Shown here: positions 36,178 to 47,099 of the stretch, one piece after another
How the letters are laid out: every line of letters starts with the position of its first letter
How positions within the stretch are numbered: position 1 is the stretch's first letter
Made by a program: the position numbers and the translations under genes
Assembly (NCBI RefSeq): GCF_004010195.1
Contig: NC_057719.1
Span: 21,919,895 to 21,968,821, forward strand
Origin: Chiloscyllium plagiosum
Lineage: Eukaryota
Length of the DNA: 48,927 nt
Direction: 5' to 3'
The notes under the pieces: model-generated
Databases searched by the model: none
The model's input: only the letters and a program-made list of their open reading frames with translations
What the model was told of the DNA's origin: nothing

Positions 36178-36638
36178 ATCCCTCTCCCCAGTGGGTGACC
36201 ATCTGGTGACCATCTTTGATCTCCATAGACCTCTTTGCAATTCCAGTATTGCCACAACTGAGCATGACTTGGTGTCAGTCATTGTTTAACTCTCTGAAAG
36301 ATGTGTTCAAACATTTTACTGCATTAAAGGTGCTATGTAATAATCGCGACAAAATATAACAAACTATTACAGTGATTTGTTTACATCCCATGTGCCTTTT
36401 CCAACTCTACTTCATCTAGCCATTTAGCCAGGCCTTTTATTTCTCTCTTTTATGTGGCAATCTAACTGGTCCTTCAAATGTATTGCAGTTACTTTCCAAT
36501 TTGTAACTGTTCTCTACCTGAAGAAATTCACTAGCCACTCATATTTGTCAGATGCAGAAGTGAAAGGATGTGAAATTATTTTGGATGGAGGTCTTGCTCA
36601 ATATGCAAGAATTTTGATAATAGTCATAACATATTCCC
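36178..36638 (+). repeat. Diverged direct repeat, copy 1
   Basis: Colinear with 41153-41646 (tctggtgaccatc.ttgatctccat, agatgtgttcaaaca, taaaggtgctatgtaata, aatataacaaactatta, ctgaagaaa, ggatgtgaaatta). Confidence 0.85.
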
Positions 36639-36859
36639 GCACCAAACTAACCCCCTACCTGCTTGCTTTTGTTGTACAAGGGAATTCAGTGCATCAAGGT
36701 CATCACTGTCTGTGATCAATTAAAATTGGAATGTGCAGGTGAACATTCTGGGCTGTAGTCAAATGACACAATTTTGTGGCAACTTATGGACCCGGGATTA
36801 TGTGATAATGAACAGATGTAACTTTGGTTTCTATAGAAGCAGAGACTTGGCTCATGGCC

Positions 36860-37210
36860 GTCCTGAGACAGCAACAGAAAGCTGCCAAGCTGAATATCTC
36901 ATTTCAATGTAACCACCTAGATCATAGTCAAACACATTAACAGTATCTTGGAAGCAGTGTATCAGATGTTTAGACAAATCTGTCAGTGGCATAGAATACA
37001 ATGCTGCCAATTGTAATGTGCTACATGCAAAAACATAGAAACTGTGTGCAGCTAGAGGATGAATTTTAAAAGGGAGTAGGACAGGAACCTGAAGATGAGG
37101 GACAATGAGGGTTATAGACAAAAAGGAGGGGGCTGGAATTAAGTGTGATGACACTTCAAAGAACCATTGGAGACACAACTGGGCTATTTCTGTACTAATG
37201 TTCCAAGATA
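36860..37210 (+). mobile_element. Old CR1 3' relic
   Basis: Degenerate CR1 3' UTR features (gaaactgtgtgcagctagaggatgaattttaaaagggagtaggacag...ctatttctgtact). Confidence 0.45.
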
Positions 37211-37514
37211 ACAACTTGGGGCCAAAAACTGAACAGAACGATAATGAAGAACTATAATTTTGCAGAGAGCTTGGGTGATATGATAGGGACTGTCACAGTA
37301 GTAGTCTGCCAAGACAATGAGTTACAAAGCTGACACATCTGTGCTATACATCACTCAAATATATTCTCACTAATATGGGCCTCTGCACTAACTGAACTAC
37401 AATAGATCCTATTCACGATTCTAAAAAAAATCTCTTTTGACATATACTGAAACATGACTCCCTATTTTAGAATTTCTTGCCTTTCTGTCAGCAGAATACC
37501 TAATAAGTTTAGAT

Positions 37515-37862
37515 CTAAAATGAAAACAGCAAGTGCTGGAGAAAATCAGCAGGTCTGGCAGCATTTGTGGACAAAGTTAAAAATCGTGCACACTAGATTA
37601 AAGTCCAACAGGTTTGTTTGGAGGTACTAGTTTTTGAAGCACTGCTTCTTCATCAGGTGGTTCATCAGGTGACAACCATCTGATGAAGGAACAGAAATCT
37701 GAAGGCTAGTGCCTCCAAATAAACCTGTTGGACTATAATCTGGTGTTGTGTGATTTTTAATTTTGTCCACCCCAGTCCAACACCGCCTCCTCCAAATTGT
37801 AGCATTTGTGGAGACAGAAACAGAGCTAATATTTTTGAGTCAAGTTTGACTTATTTCTGGAA
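37515..37862 (-). mobile_element. PLE terminal relic (as at 30455) interrupted by a family-B mini-element
   Basis: aaaacagcaagtgctggagaaaatcagcaggtctggcagcatttgtgga...gacagaaacagagctaatatttttgagtc. Confidence 0.7.
37572..37800. mobile_element. PLE family-B fold-back mini-element
   Basis: About 90-bp inverted arms; perfect 12-bp duplication agcatttgtgga (37560-37571 / 37801-37812); two mutated hammerheads. Confidence 0.9.
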
Positions 37863-38159
37863 TCAAGATTAGATTAAATGTATCTCCTGGAAGCCATTTC
37901 AGCATTAGTTCTGTGATTATGGATAGACCCAAAAAATAGATTATATTATTTTTATTTGTATAAGGTGGATTATTGGAGGGTACCTTCAGATATTGGTGCT
38001 AGTGATGCTGGTCCTTATAGAACGGACAACCCCAACTCAACTTTCTAGCCTCTGGTAGAAGTTAGAGGCATTCCATGGTGTTCTTTGTTGGCTCCTCCAT
38101 ATCTCACTCTATGCAGGAGGATGCCAGACCTTTATTCTTTTTGTGATGTGAATTCTGAC

Positions 38160-38355
38160 CTTAGAAAGGACCTGTGCTTTTTCTGATATTTCCCCAAACA
38201 CAATGATTGGAAGCGTGACCAATGGATCCAGCCACAGCAGGGATTGTTGTTGCTGATGTACAATGTATTGACGGCGTAGAGAAATGGAGGAAAAATGCAT
38301 GTGCCAGCAAGCCCAGGATCAGCAGCAAACTCCAGCGAATGCTAAACAGCCTCCA
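38160..38355 (-). pseudogene. Probable Harbinger Myb/SANT ORF remnant, divergent from the transposase
   Basis: FS..SLE..LL-like start, ...WGKYQKK...-like end with AAG|gtcaga donor; position next to the transposase. Confidence 0.35.
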
Positions 38356-38389
38356 CATGATGGGGTTGAACTGAAGGTCCTCTCAGTAG

Positions 38390-39236
38390 CTACAGGATGC
38401 AAAGAGTCTCTCAACCTTGATACCATTTTCTCCAGATGAGTGAAATGCAGTGTTGCTACAGGCCGAGGATATTCTGGGATACTGTCACTGAATTATGCCA
38501 TCTGCTGAAGCAAAACCTGTGATAAAAGGGTTAAGGCTTCAGTCAAGGTTAGTGATTTGAAAGAATTGGTGGCTATTCTATTATAGCGGTTATCAAGTGG
38601 ACAGTACACTAAATCTGTATTTTACTGTCTGCTTCCAAGGAGTCACTGAGGATCTCTCAATCCTCACTTCCCAGTTGCAGAGGGGCTGATACTGATGCAA
38701 TCTGTGCCAGTCACACATCTTCATTTTGTTTCCCTGTGACATGATCAGTGCTGCAACCTGGAGGGTGAACTTCGGTAATATAACTCTCTTCAGCCATGTT
38801 CAGGGCATGATAGGCTGTCGGCATGTCACATTGAAGGTACTATATCGCAATGCAGCTGAGTTTATCAATAGAAGAGCACTCCATTCCATTAATGTGCAAG
38901 ACATCTGTGATCATCATTAATGTATCTTGGTTACCTGTGCCAGGTGTCCTGGGCATTGCCATTATTCCCATAGCCCTGAGAACCCCCATGTTCCTACTTC
39001 ATTTGAAAAGCCAGATACCTTTCTGGGACTGGGAGACAAAGGCTACCCTCTGCCACCACAGCTGGTAACATGACAATGGTGGTACAATGTAGATATTTCT
39101 TTGACTGGGAGCCTGGTGAAGCAAATGATAGGTGCCCTGATGAGGTATTGATGCTTGGATCAATCTTGCGGGGTTCCTGAACTATCGTCCAGGTAGAGTG
39201 TGCTGCATTATCCTAGCATGCTGTTCACTGCACCCC
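38390..39236 (+). pseudogene. PIF/Harbinger DDE transposase (HARBI1-like), decayed
   Basis: FLQMSEMQC...TVTELCHLL, VQGMIGCRHVTLK...FINRRALHSINVQDICDH, CARCPGHCH, GDKGYPL (from 39032), KQMIG...CLDQS...RVCCIILACCSLH; stops and frameshifts present. Confidence 0.9.
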
Positions 39237-39334
39237 TAGAGCATTCAGCAAGGGGTTGTGCTGGATCCTGAAAAGCTGTCAGATTGGCAGCAGTCATCTG
39301 AGGGGAAGATGAGAACATTGAGCTTGAGGAACAT

Positions 39335-39585
39335 TGGAACATAAAAACAGGAGCATAGTAGGCCATTCAGCCACTCAAAGCTGTTCTGACATTTAAAGAG
39401 TTCATGGCTGAGCTGTGGCATAACACCATATGCCTGCCTTTGGCCCCAATCTCTGAATACATTTGCTCAATAAAAAATTAACTCCCTCATATTTAAAATT
39501 GACAACTTATCCAACATTCACTGGCAGTTGTGGAAGAGAGATCCATATATTTACTACCCTTTGTTGAGACAAGTGCTTCCCAATT
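39335..39585 (-). mobile_element. CR1 3' fragment
   Basis: ggaacataaaaacaggagcatagtaggccattcagcc...catggctga tail. Confidence 0.7.
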
Positions 39586-39609
39586 ATAACAGGCTGTTAG
39601 TTTCTAGTC

Positions 39610-39768
39610 ACTGTTTCAAGACAGTAGCTTTTCGTTCCAGACTAATTTGATTAATTGAATTTAAATCCCCCAGCTGATGTAGTAAGACTTAAATTCGTAT
39701 CTCCAAATCGTTAGATCAGACCTTAGGATTTCCAGCATAGTAATATCACCACTGTTCTAGCATGCCCC
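39610..39768 (-). mobile_element. Degenerate tRNA-derived SINE head
   Basis: The reverse complement starts ggggcatgctagaacagtggtgatatt (A-box-like) with a B-box-like gaatttaagtc. Confidence 0.45.
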
Positions 39769-40469
39769 ATATTATCTTCTGCGCGATGGAGCACTGCAGC
39801 ATCAAGTACAACTTGGCAGACATGGCCTAACTAACACCTTGTTCCAGTAGATTCAACCTGGGGACAGTGATCTCTCATTGATTGTATTTTTTTTCATTCT
39901 GAAAAGGCAAGCAATCATTGTCTGTTTCCAAAGATAAATACAGCTTCTGTCTGTTTTTGATTTTTTTTCGTTCGCTTTTACTGTTGTTGAATACAAGTGA
40001 ATGCTTGAACCATTTGGTGATTTTCGAATTTGTGACAACCCCACTTTGAAGAATGAGAAGATGTTAGTCTACACTGGACATTGGAGACAGAGTCGTGGTC
40101 TCTTAGTCAAGGTTGTAAGATGGGATCAGGCTAAGGATGGGTAAGCTAAATAGTGTGGTCCTTAAAAAGCGATTGATGAAACAATGTGTGCTTGGACGTG
40201 AAATAATATTCAATCTATGTGCCCTGACAAGCTTTTGTTTTGGGCTGCCATCCCACTATGTGCACAGTTAATGGTGACTCTAGACAATCATCTCTTGGCC
40301 ATGTACATGGCTGGGTTTTAAAAAGACATTGACCTTAGGGATCCTGAGATGTCCCAGTTGTGGTCAGTACTGGCGACAGCATGTTGAGAATACATTGAGT
40401 GGGATGCCATATGGGTGTGTTGCATAGGTAAGGAGGCAAGTTGGGGAAGACAGAGTGAGAAACTCACTA

Positions 40470-40691
40470 CAGAGGAACATCGATTATCCGAAGGACATGG
40501 GTGGGGAGCACTTTGTTTGGTTAATCACATTCCAGATCATTGAATGCTGGATAACATAGTTTAGTCAAGCATCAGGACCTTGCAATCTCGCTGGATAATC
40601 CGATATTCAGATAATCAAATACCAGATAACAGTGTGGCCGACCTTGTGATCTTGCTGAATAATCGAATGCCAGATAATCGAGCTTCCTCTG
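40470..40691. mobile_element. MITE, Tc1/mariner (pogo/Tigger-like), 222 bp
   Basis: TIRs cagaggaacatcgattatc / gataatcgagcttcctctg (17/19), TA on both sides (40468-69, 40692-93), internal gataatc repeats. Confidence 0.9.
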
Positions 40692-41152
40692 TACATGGGG
40701 AGAAAGTCTCCAAAATTGACAGCCAATTTCTGGTAACATTTAGCCCAATGCCTACTTCAAAGGACTCCTTTCAGGTCGTCCATCTGTGACAGCCATTTGT
40801 CAAGGTCCAGTATTTTGCATTTCTTAATGTCTTCCCAAGGTTGTAAGGAGACCATCATTTATGACCCAACCCTCAGGGTGGTCCAGTGGTTTGCTTACCT
40901 TCATCTTCCAGGAGCATTGCAATTTTAAGAAATTCGCCTTATCTCCGTGAAATTCACTTCAATTCCAACCAGCTCAAACTTTTAAAAAACATGTCTTCAA
41001 AAACAGCTCATGACTCACAAAAATTTATCCAGAAATGTGTCACCAGTTATTCACCATCATTCGGACATAGTCCTTGCTCTCTTTAGCTAACAGACAACAG
41101 GAGTGTGCCACATGGATTGCAGCAGTTTAATAAGGTGGTTCACGACCTCCTA

Positions 41153-41646
41153 CATCCCTTTCCCTCGTGGGACTTATCTGTGTCTGGTGACCATCCTTGA
41201 TCTCCATGGACAACTTTGTAGTCCCAAAAATGCCCACAACTGAGTGTAACTTGGAGTTATTCATTGTTTGTTAACTCTCCACAAGATGTGTTCAAACAGT
41301 TTATGAAATTTAAAGGTGCTATGTAATAGTATAAACACAATATAACAAACTATTAAATGTTTTTATACACCACATATGCTTTCTCCCACGTTACTTCATC
41401 AAACCCAATTAGCAAGTTCTTCTATTTCTTTCTCCTTAATTGACCAATCTAGCTTTCCCTTCAAACATAATGCAAATACTTGCCTCAATGAGGTGGCAAG
41501 TTTCACATTTTTATTATTCTGTATCTGAAGAAAGCCACCAGCCACTTATGTTTATGAGGCGCAGAAATGGAGGGATGTGAAATTAGGTTAGGTGGAGGGA
41601 TTTGCCAGTATGTAGGCCATAATTTGATAACATTCATACATAGCCC
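41153..41646 (+). repeat. Diverged direct repeat, copy 2
   Basis: See 36178-36638. Confidence 0.85.
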
Positions 41647-43205
41647 TACATTTTCAAATGATTTTAAATGCAAAATTCTCTTCCTTATCTTCCTTCAGTG
41701 CCTGTGCATATAAGACAGTACCCAATCTCTGGACTTATTCCTTCCAAGAATCTATTTCTATTCTTTAATGAAATGGTTTCCTGGGAAACCAAAGCAGATA
41801 GCCTGTATTGGTCACAGTTTGTATAAGAGGACACCAAGCTTCTATCAGTAAATATAAAGCTGACCTGTTCTTTCCTAGATATATTTGTTCCTCTGGTGCT
41901 CATCAAATAATGTACTAAAAAATCCTTTTAAATAGCAGTTGCAACCACAAAAAGTCACAGCTGCACATCTTTTTATCAAGTACCAATATCAGCAAGATCC
42001 AATGAAAGACCACTCCATGCTGGGAGATAACAGTGCAGTTACATTCCCAGAACCAATGTGGCACTGTGGAGAATTGCCTCAGTTTATCCTGCCCACACAA
42101 AAAAAAGCAGAATAAATTCAATCCAGCCAATGACTTCCCATTCACCTAATCTCAATCATCAGCAAAGTAAAGGAAGGGGTCATTGACAGTGCAGTCAACT
42201 GGCACTTACTCAACAATATCCTGCTCATTGATGCTTCGTTTGGGTTATGCCAGTGCCACTAAACTCCAGAGTCTAGTTCAAACATATACAAACCACCTAC
42301 TCTCAAGAGGGGAAGACTGGATGAGTCAATGGCAATCAGAAGTAGGAGTTCTTCAAGGTGATGCCCCCTCAACCCAACCATCTTCAGATGCGCTCTGTTC
42401 CATCACAAGGTCAGAATTGGGAATGTTCACTGATGATTACACCATTAACAGCTCCTCAGTTACTACTAAAACCACTAAAACCATTAAACTACTAAAGCAG
42501 TTCATGTCCAAATGCAGCAGAATCTAGACAACATTCCGTCTTGGGCTCATAAGTGGTGAGTAATATTAATTCCACACAACTGAAAAGCAAAGACTATCTT
42601 CAACAAGACAGAATCAGACCATTGCTCCTTGAAATTCAATGGCATTATCATCACTGAATTTCCAACTATCAATATCCTGGGGGTTGCCATTGGCTGAAAC
42701 TGAACAGGACTAGCTAAATAAAGACAGTGCATAAAATGCAGGTCAGGGTCTGGGAACTTTGCAGCTGACTTCCTGACTCTTCAAAGCCTTTCCACGAACT
42801 ACAAATCACAAGTCAGGAGTGTGATGGTATATCCCCCACTTGCCTGATGAATGCAGCTCCAACAACACTCAAGAGGTGACACCATCCAGGACAAAGCATC
42901 CATAAACATCCACTCCCTTCACCACCAATGCTCAATATCAGCAGAGCGTACCAGCTACAAGCTGTACTTCAGCAACTCACCGAACATCCTTCGACAACAC
43001 CGCCCAATTCTTCACCTTTGAATACCTAGGAGAGCAGGTACATTTACAAGTTCACCACCAAGTCACACACCATCCTGACTCGGAACTATATTGTTGCTCC
43101 TTCACTGTCAATGGGTCAAACTCTTGGAAGTCTCTTCTAACAGCATTGTGGATCTACCAACACCACTAAATGAACAGCAGTGGTTCAAGATGTCAACTCA
43201 CCACC

Positions 43206-43503
43206 ACCTTCTCAAGGGCAATTAGGAATGGGCAATAATATTGATAGGTGTAGGACAGATGTCAGAGGTAGTTTCTCTATTCAGAGAGTAGCAAGGGCAT
43301 GGAACACACTACCTGCAACAGTTGTAGACTCGCCAACTTTACAGGCATTTAAATACCTTCTCAAGGGCAATTAGGAATGGGCAATAATATTGATAGGTGT
43401 AGGACAGATGTCAGAGGTAGTTTCTCTATTCAGAGAGTAGCTGGGGCATGGAACACACTGCCTGCAACAGTTGTAGACTCGCCAACTTTACAGGCATTTA
43501 AAT
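43206..43503 (+). repeat. 149-bp tandem duplication (146/149 identical)
   Basis: Copies 43206-43354 and 43355-43503. Confidence 0.95.
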
Positions 43504-43632
43504 GGTCATTGGATAAACATATGGATGAAAGTGGAAGAGTGCAGGTTAGGTGGACTTCAGATTGGTTTCACAGGGTGGTGCAACATCGTGGGCCTAAGGG
43601 CCTGTACTGTGCTGTTCCATTCCGTTCTGTTT
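43240..43632 (+). mobile_element. CR1 3' fragment (same family as 26027-26362), partly duplicated
   Basis: DRCRTDVRGSFSIQRVAGAWNTLPATVVDSPTLQAFKWSLDKHMD; gggcctgtactgtgctgt tail. Confidence 0.88.
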
Positions 43633-44339
43633 CGTGTTGGCCTAGCTAGCAATGCCCACATCTTGCCAATGATGGTGTTTTTTTAAAAAAATTGGCTGCA
43701 GGTGTCCACTAACCTAACTGGTTCTAATATTTTGGTATTAAGGCCAGATAATTCCTTTGGTATCGCTGTGAAACACATTTACTCAAGCAGCTCATGCAAA
43801 CAAGTATGAGGAAAATCTTTACAGTGAAAGCCATCTGTTGCATGAAGATTGTTCAAAAATAAATGCAAACCAGAGACAGGGTGCGCTTGAAAAGCACAGT
43901 AACACCTCCTAGATTTTAAATAAAGCAAAAACTTCTCATTCCATGCAATAATTGGCTATTTATACTCCAGGCCTGAAATCACTCAAACTGTTATCAGTTT
44001 TTAATTAAATGCAGAACTATTTAAACGTTCCAAAAAGACAACTAATTGAAATTAATGCTTTTCACTGATATTGTCACTTCATTAATCGTAGCTTGCAATT
44101 TCTACAGCCACAACATAGCTTGATCTGATGCTTGTACTGAAACATTTCTTTGGAGTAGTTGAATACCCATATCAAAGTGATGATAGCTTGTAGCTTATTT
44201 AAACTAAACCAGAGGTAAATTACTACATATTGAAAATATTTAATCATTTTGCCTGATAGGAGCATCTCAGTGTTATCAACAAATATAAAATAGACATTCA
44301 TAAAGGGATGAATGATGTAGTTTTATACTGAGGCTTTTG

Positions 44340-45437
44340 AAGAATATAAGAACTAGGAGCAGGAGTTGGCCATCTGGCCCACCAAGCCTGCTCTGCCATT
44401 CACTAAGATCATGACTGACCTGAGCTCTCACTATGACCCTCAATTCCTTTACTGTTCAAAGAATTGTCTATCTTTGCTTTAAAAACATTTACTAAGGAAA
44501 CCTCAGCTACGTCACTGAGCAGGGAATTCCACAGATTCACAATGCTCTGGGTGAAGAAATTCCTTCTTAATTCAGTCGTAAATCTGCTCCTCCTAATTTT
44601 TAGGCTATGCCCTCTTGTCCTAGTTTCATCCTCTCTAACTTTATCTTATCTATTCCCTTCATAATTTTATATGTTTCGATTTCTAAATTTCAGTGAGTAC
44701 AATCCCAGTCTACTCAGTCTTTCCTCAACCCCCTAAACTCTGGAGTCAACCAATGAGCCTCCTCTGCCCCCTCTCCAGTGCCAGTACATCCTTTCTGAAG
44801 TAAGGAGAACAAATCTGCATGCAGTACTCCAGGTGTGGCCCCACCAGCACCCTATACAGCTGCAACATAACCTCCCTGCTTTTAAACTCAATCCCTTTAG
44901 TATTGAAGGATAAAATTCCGTTTGCCTTCTTAATTACCTGTTTTACCCACAGACCAACCTTTTGTGGTTCATGCATAAAGACACTCAGGTCCCTCTGCGC
45001 AGCAGCATGGTGTAATTCTTATACATTCAAATAATAGTCCTTTTTTCTGTTATTCCCACCAAAATGGATGACTTCACATGTATTAACATTGTACTCCATC
45101 TGCCAGACTTTTGCCCACTCACATAAACTATCTATGTGACTTTGCAAAGTTTCACAATGCTCTGCACACTTTGCTCTGCCACTCATCTTAGTGTCATCCG
45201 CAAATGTCAACACACTACACATGGTCCCCAACTCCAAATCTTCTATGTAAATTGTGATCAATTGCAGTCCCAACACTGATCCCTGAGGCACACCACTAGT
45301 CAACCAGAAAAATAGTCATTTATCCCTACTCTTTGCCTCCTGTTAATTTAACTAATCCTCTATCCATGCTAATACATTGCCTGTAACATCATATATCTTT
45401 TTTCTTATACAGCAGCCTTTTGTGTGGCACCTTGTCA
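44340..45437 (-). mobile_element. CR1 LINE, RT domain to 3' end, decayed
   Basis: TSGVPQGSVLG...FADDTKM...WQMEYNVNTCEVIHFG; IKKANGILSF...LVGPHLEYC. Confidence 0.93.
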
Positions 45438-46370
45438 TAAAATTAATGATCTTTTAAAGGAAACTTTGCACTGACAGAGATTTCTATGTCAGATGCATAA
45501 TTTAGCAGCTTGAAATAAACAAATGTCATTTGAAAGAAAATTATACATTCTTGCTGGGCTTGTGCTCTTCTTTAAATCTGTCATTACATATGACTTGTGT
45601 ATTATGATTGCTCTTACTGCCATTTAGCCCCACATTCAGCATTCCCTGGAAAGACTCTTTAGTGAAAAGCATTAGACACACCACTTTGCTTTGTAAGAGG
45701 GGTTTCTAAGGCAGCACAAATATTACCCCTGCCACAAGATCAGCCAGAGTTCATGGAGAAAGCAACCACTGTAACCTTCTGAGTGCAGACAGTGATTGCC
45801 AATAAAATCAACTTCACCAGATGTTGCTCACATTCTGATAATATCTGTTTAAAAATGAACCTTCATAACAGGAACGTAAATAGCTCTATAGTGCAAGTCA
45901 AAAGTATTTAGAAATCAGAGCTCGTTCAGAAGAAATATCACAAAATGTGATACTCTGTGAGTGCATACCTTGTCCATCTGCTTCATTCAGAGTGTCTGCA
46001 AAAGGCTGGAATATGTGCTTTCCACTTTTCCCAATGGCAGTTAAACAAATAGGAATTTTAAAGGGATTATTTCAATCTGGAATGAATCTCCATATATGCA
46101 CACTTTAGGCAACCGAATCAGGCTTTTGGGTCAGGAGGAAGGACGTGGAAAAGTTTGCATTGGGACTTGGGGTTCAGCTGTCTATGTGAACTGAGAGTAG
46201 CATTGGGTCGAAGTGGAGGTAGAGTTGGTCAGGTGTTTGCAAGTTGAATTTGGGATGGGACAGTTCCGGTTGGATGTCGAGCCGCGAGTGGTAAGTCAGG
46301 TTGGGTGCAAAAAGGGGAGATTGTATGGTTGTTGGGGAGAGTCAGGATGGGAGGGTGTTCACAGGGGTTG

Positions 46371-46917
46371 TCATAGAATCAGAGAGTCATAGAGATATAC
46401 AGCACAGAAACAGACTCTTTGGTTCAACTAGACCATACCAACCAGATATCCTAAATTAATCGAGTCCCATTTGCCAGCATTTGGCCCGTATCCCTCTAAA
46501 CCCTTCCTACTCAGATATCCATCCAGATGCCTTTTAAATGTTATAATGGTGCCAGTCTCCACCACTTCCTCTGGCAGCTCATTCTATACATGCACGACCC
46601 TCTGTGTGAAAAAGTTGCCCCACAGGTACTTTTTAAATCTTTCTCCTCTCAGCTTGAACCGCACCTTCTAGTTCTGGACTCCCCCACTACAGGGAAAAGG
46701 TCTTGCCTATTTACCCTATCTATATCATGCATGATTTTATAAAACTCTATAAAGGTCACCTCTAAGCCTCCAACATTCCAGGGAAAACAGCCCCAGCCTA
46801 TTCAGCCTCCTTCTACAACATAAACTTCCATCCATGGCAACATTCTTGTAAGTCTTTTCTGAGCCCTTTCAGTTTCACAACATCCTTCCTACAGCAGGGA
46901 GACCAGAATTGCACACT
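46371..46917 (-). mobile_element. CR1/HER1-type LINE 3' fragment
   Basis: Near-colinear with 9581-9941/10257-10440 and 19241-19755. Confidence 0.92.
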
Positions 46918-47099
46918 AATGTGAGTAATTGGTTGGTTAGTTGTAATACTAGCCATTATTTAAGGCAGGTTTTAATTCCGCTAACATTTCCTAGCAACCT
47001 ATTCAGATGAGTCAATCAGACCCCGATGAGGAATCCAATGCTTAAATGATAACTTCTTGGGTAATTACCACAAAGTCTGTGCATTGATGCTTTACATGG

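Larger units (their letters stand above)
42070..43670 (+). mobile_element. L2/Crack-like LINE (RT + 3' tail), tail interrupted by a CR1 fragment
   Basis: GVLQG...SITRSELGMFTDDYT RT motifs; tail ccttctcaagggcaattaggaatgggcaataa resumes at about 43636 (gttggcctagctagcaatgcccacatc). Confidence 0.8.

Noticed and set aside
38726..38920. Host HARBI1 gene
   Set aside because: Multiple stops and frameshifts and altered catalytic residues indicate a transposon fossil.
40560..40690. CRISPR-like repeat array
   Set aside because: These are short irregular gataatc motifs inside a TIR-bounded MITE in eukaryotic DNA, with no constant repeat-spacer period.
44108..44215. Plus-strand coding exon (tttctacag ... 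gag|gtaaat)
   Set aside because: Stops in all three frames.
46130..46370. G-rich segment as a distinct element
   Set aside because: Low-complexity gggtc/ggttg-rich sequence with no definable period or termini.
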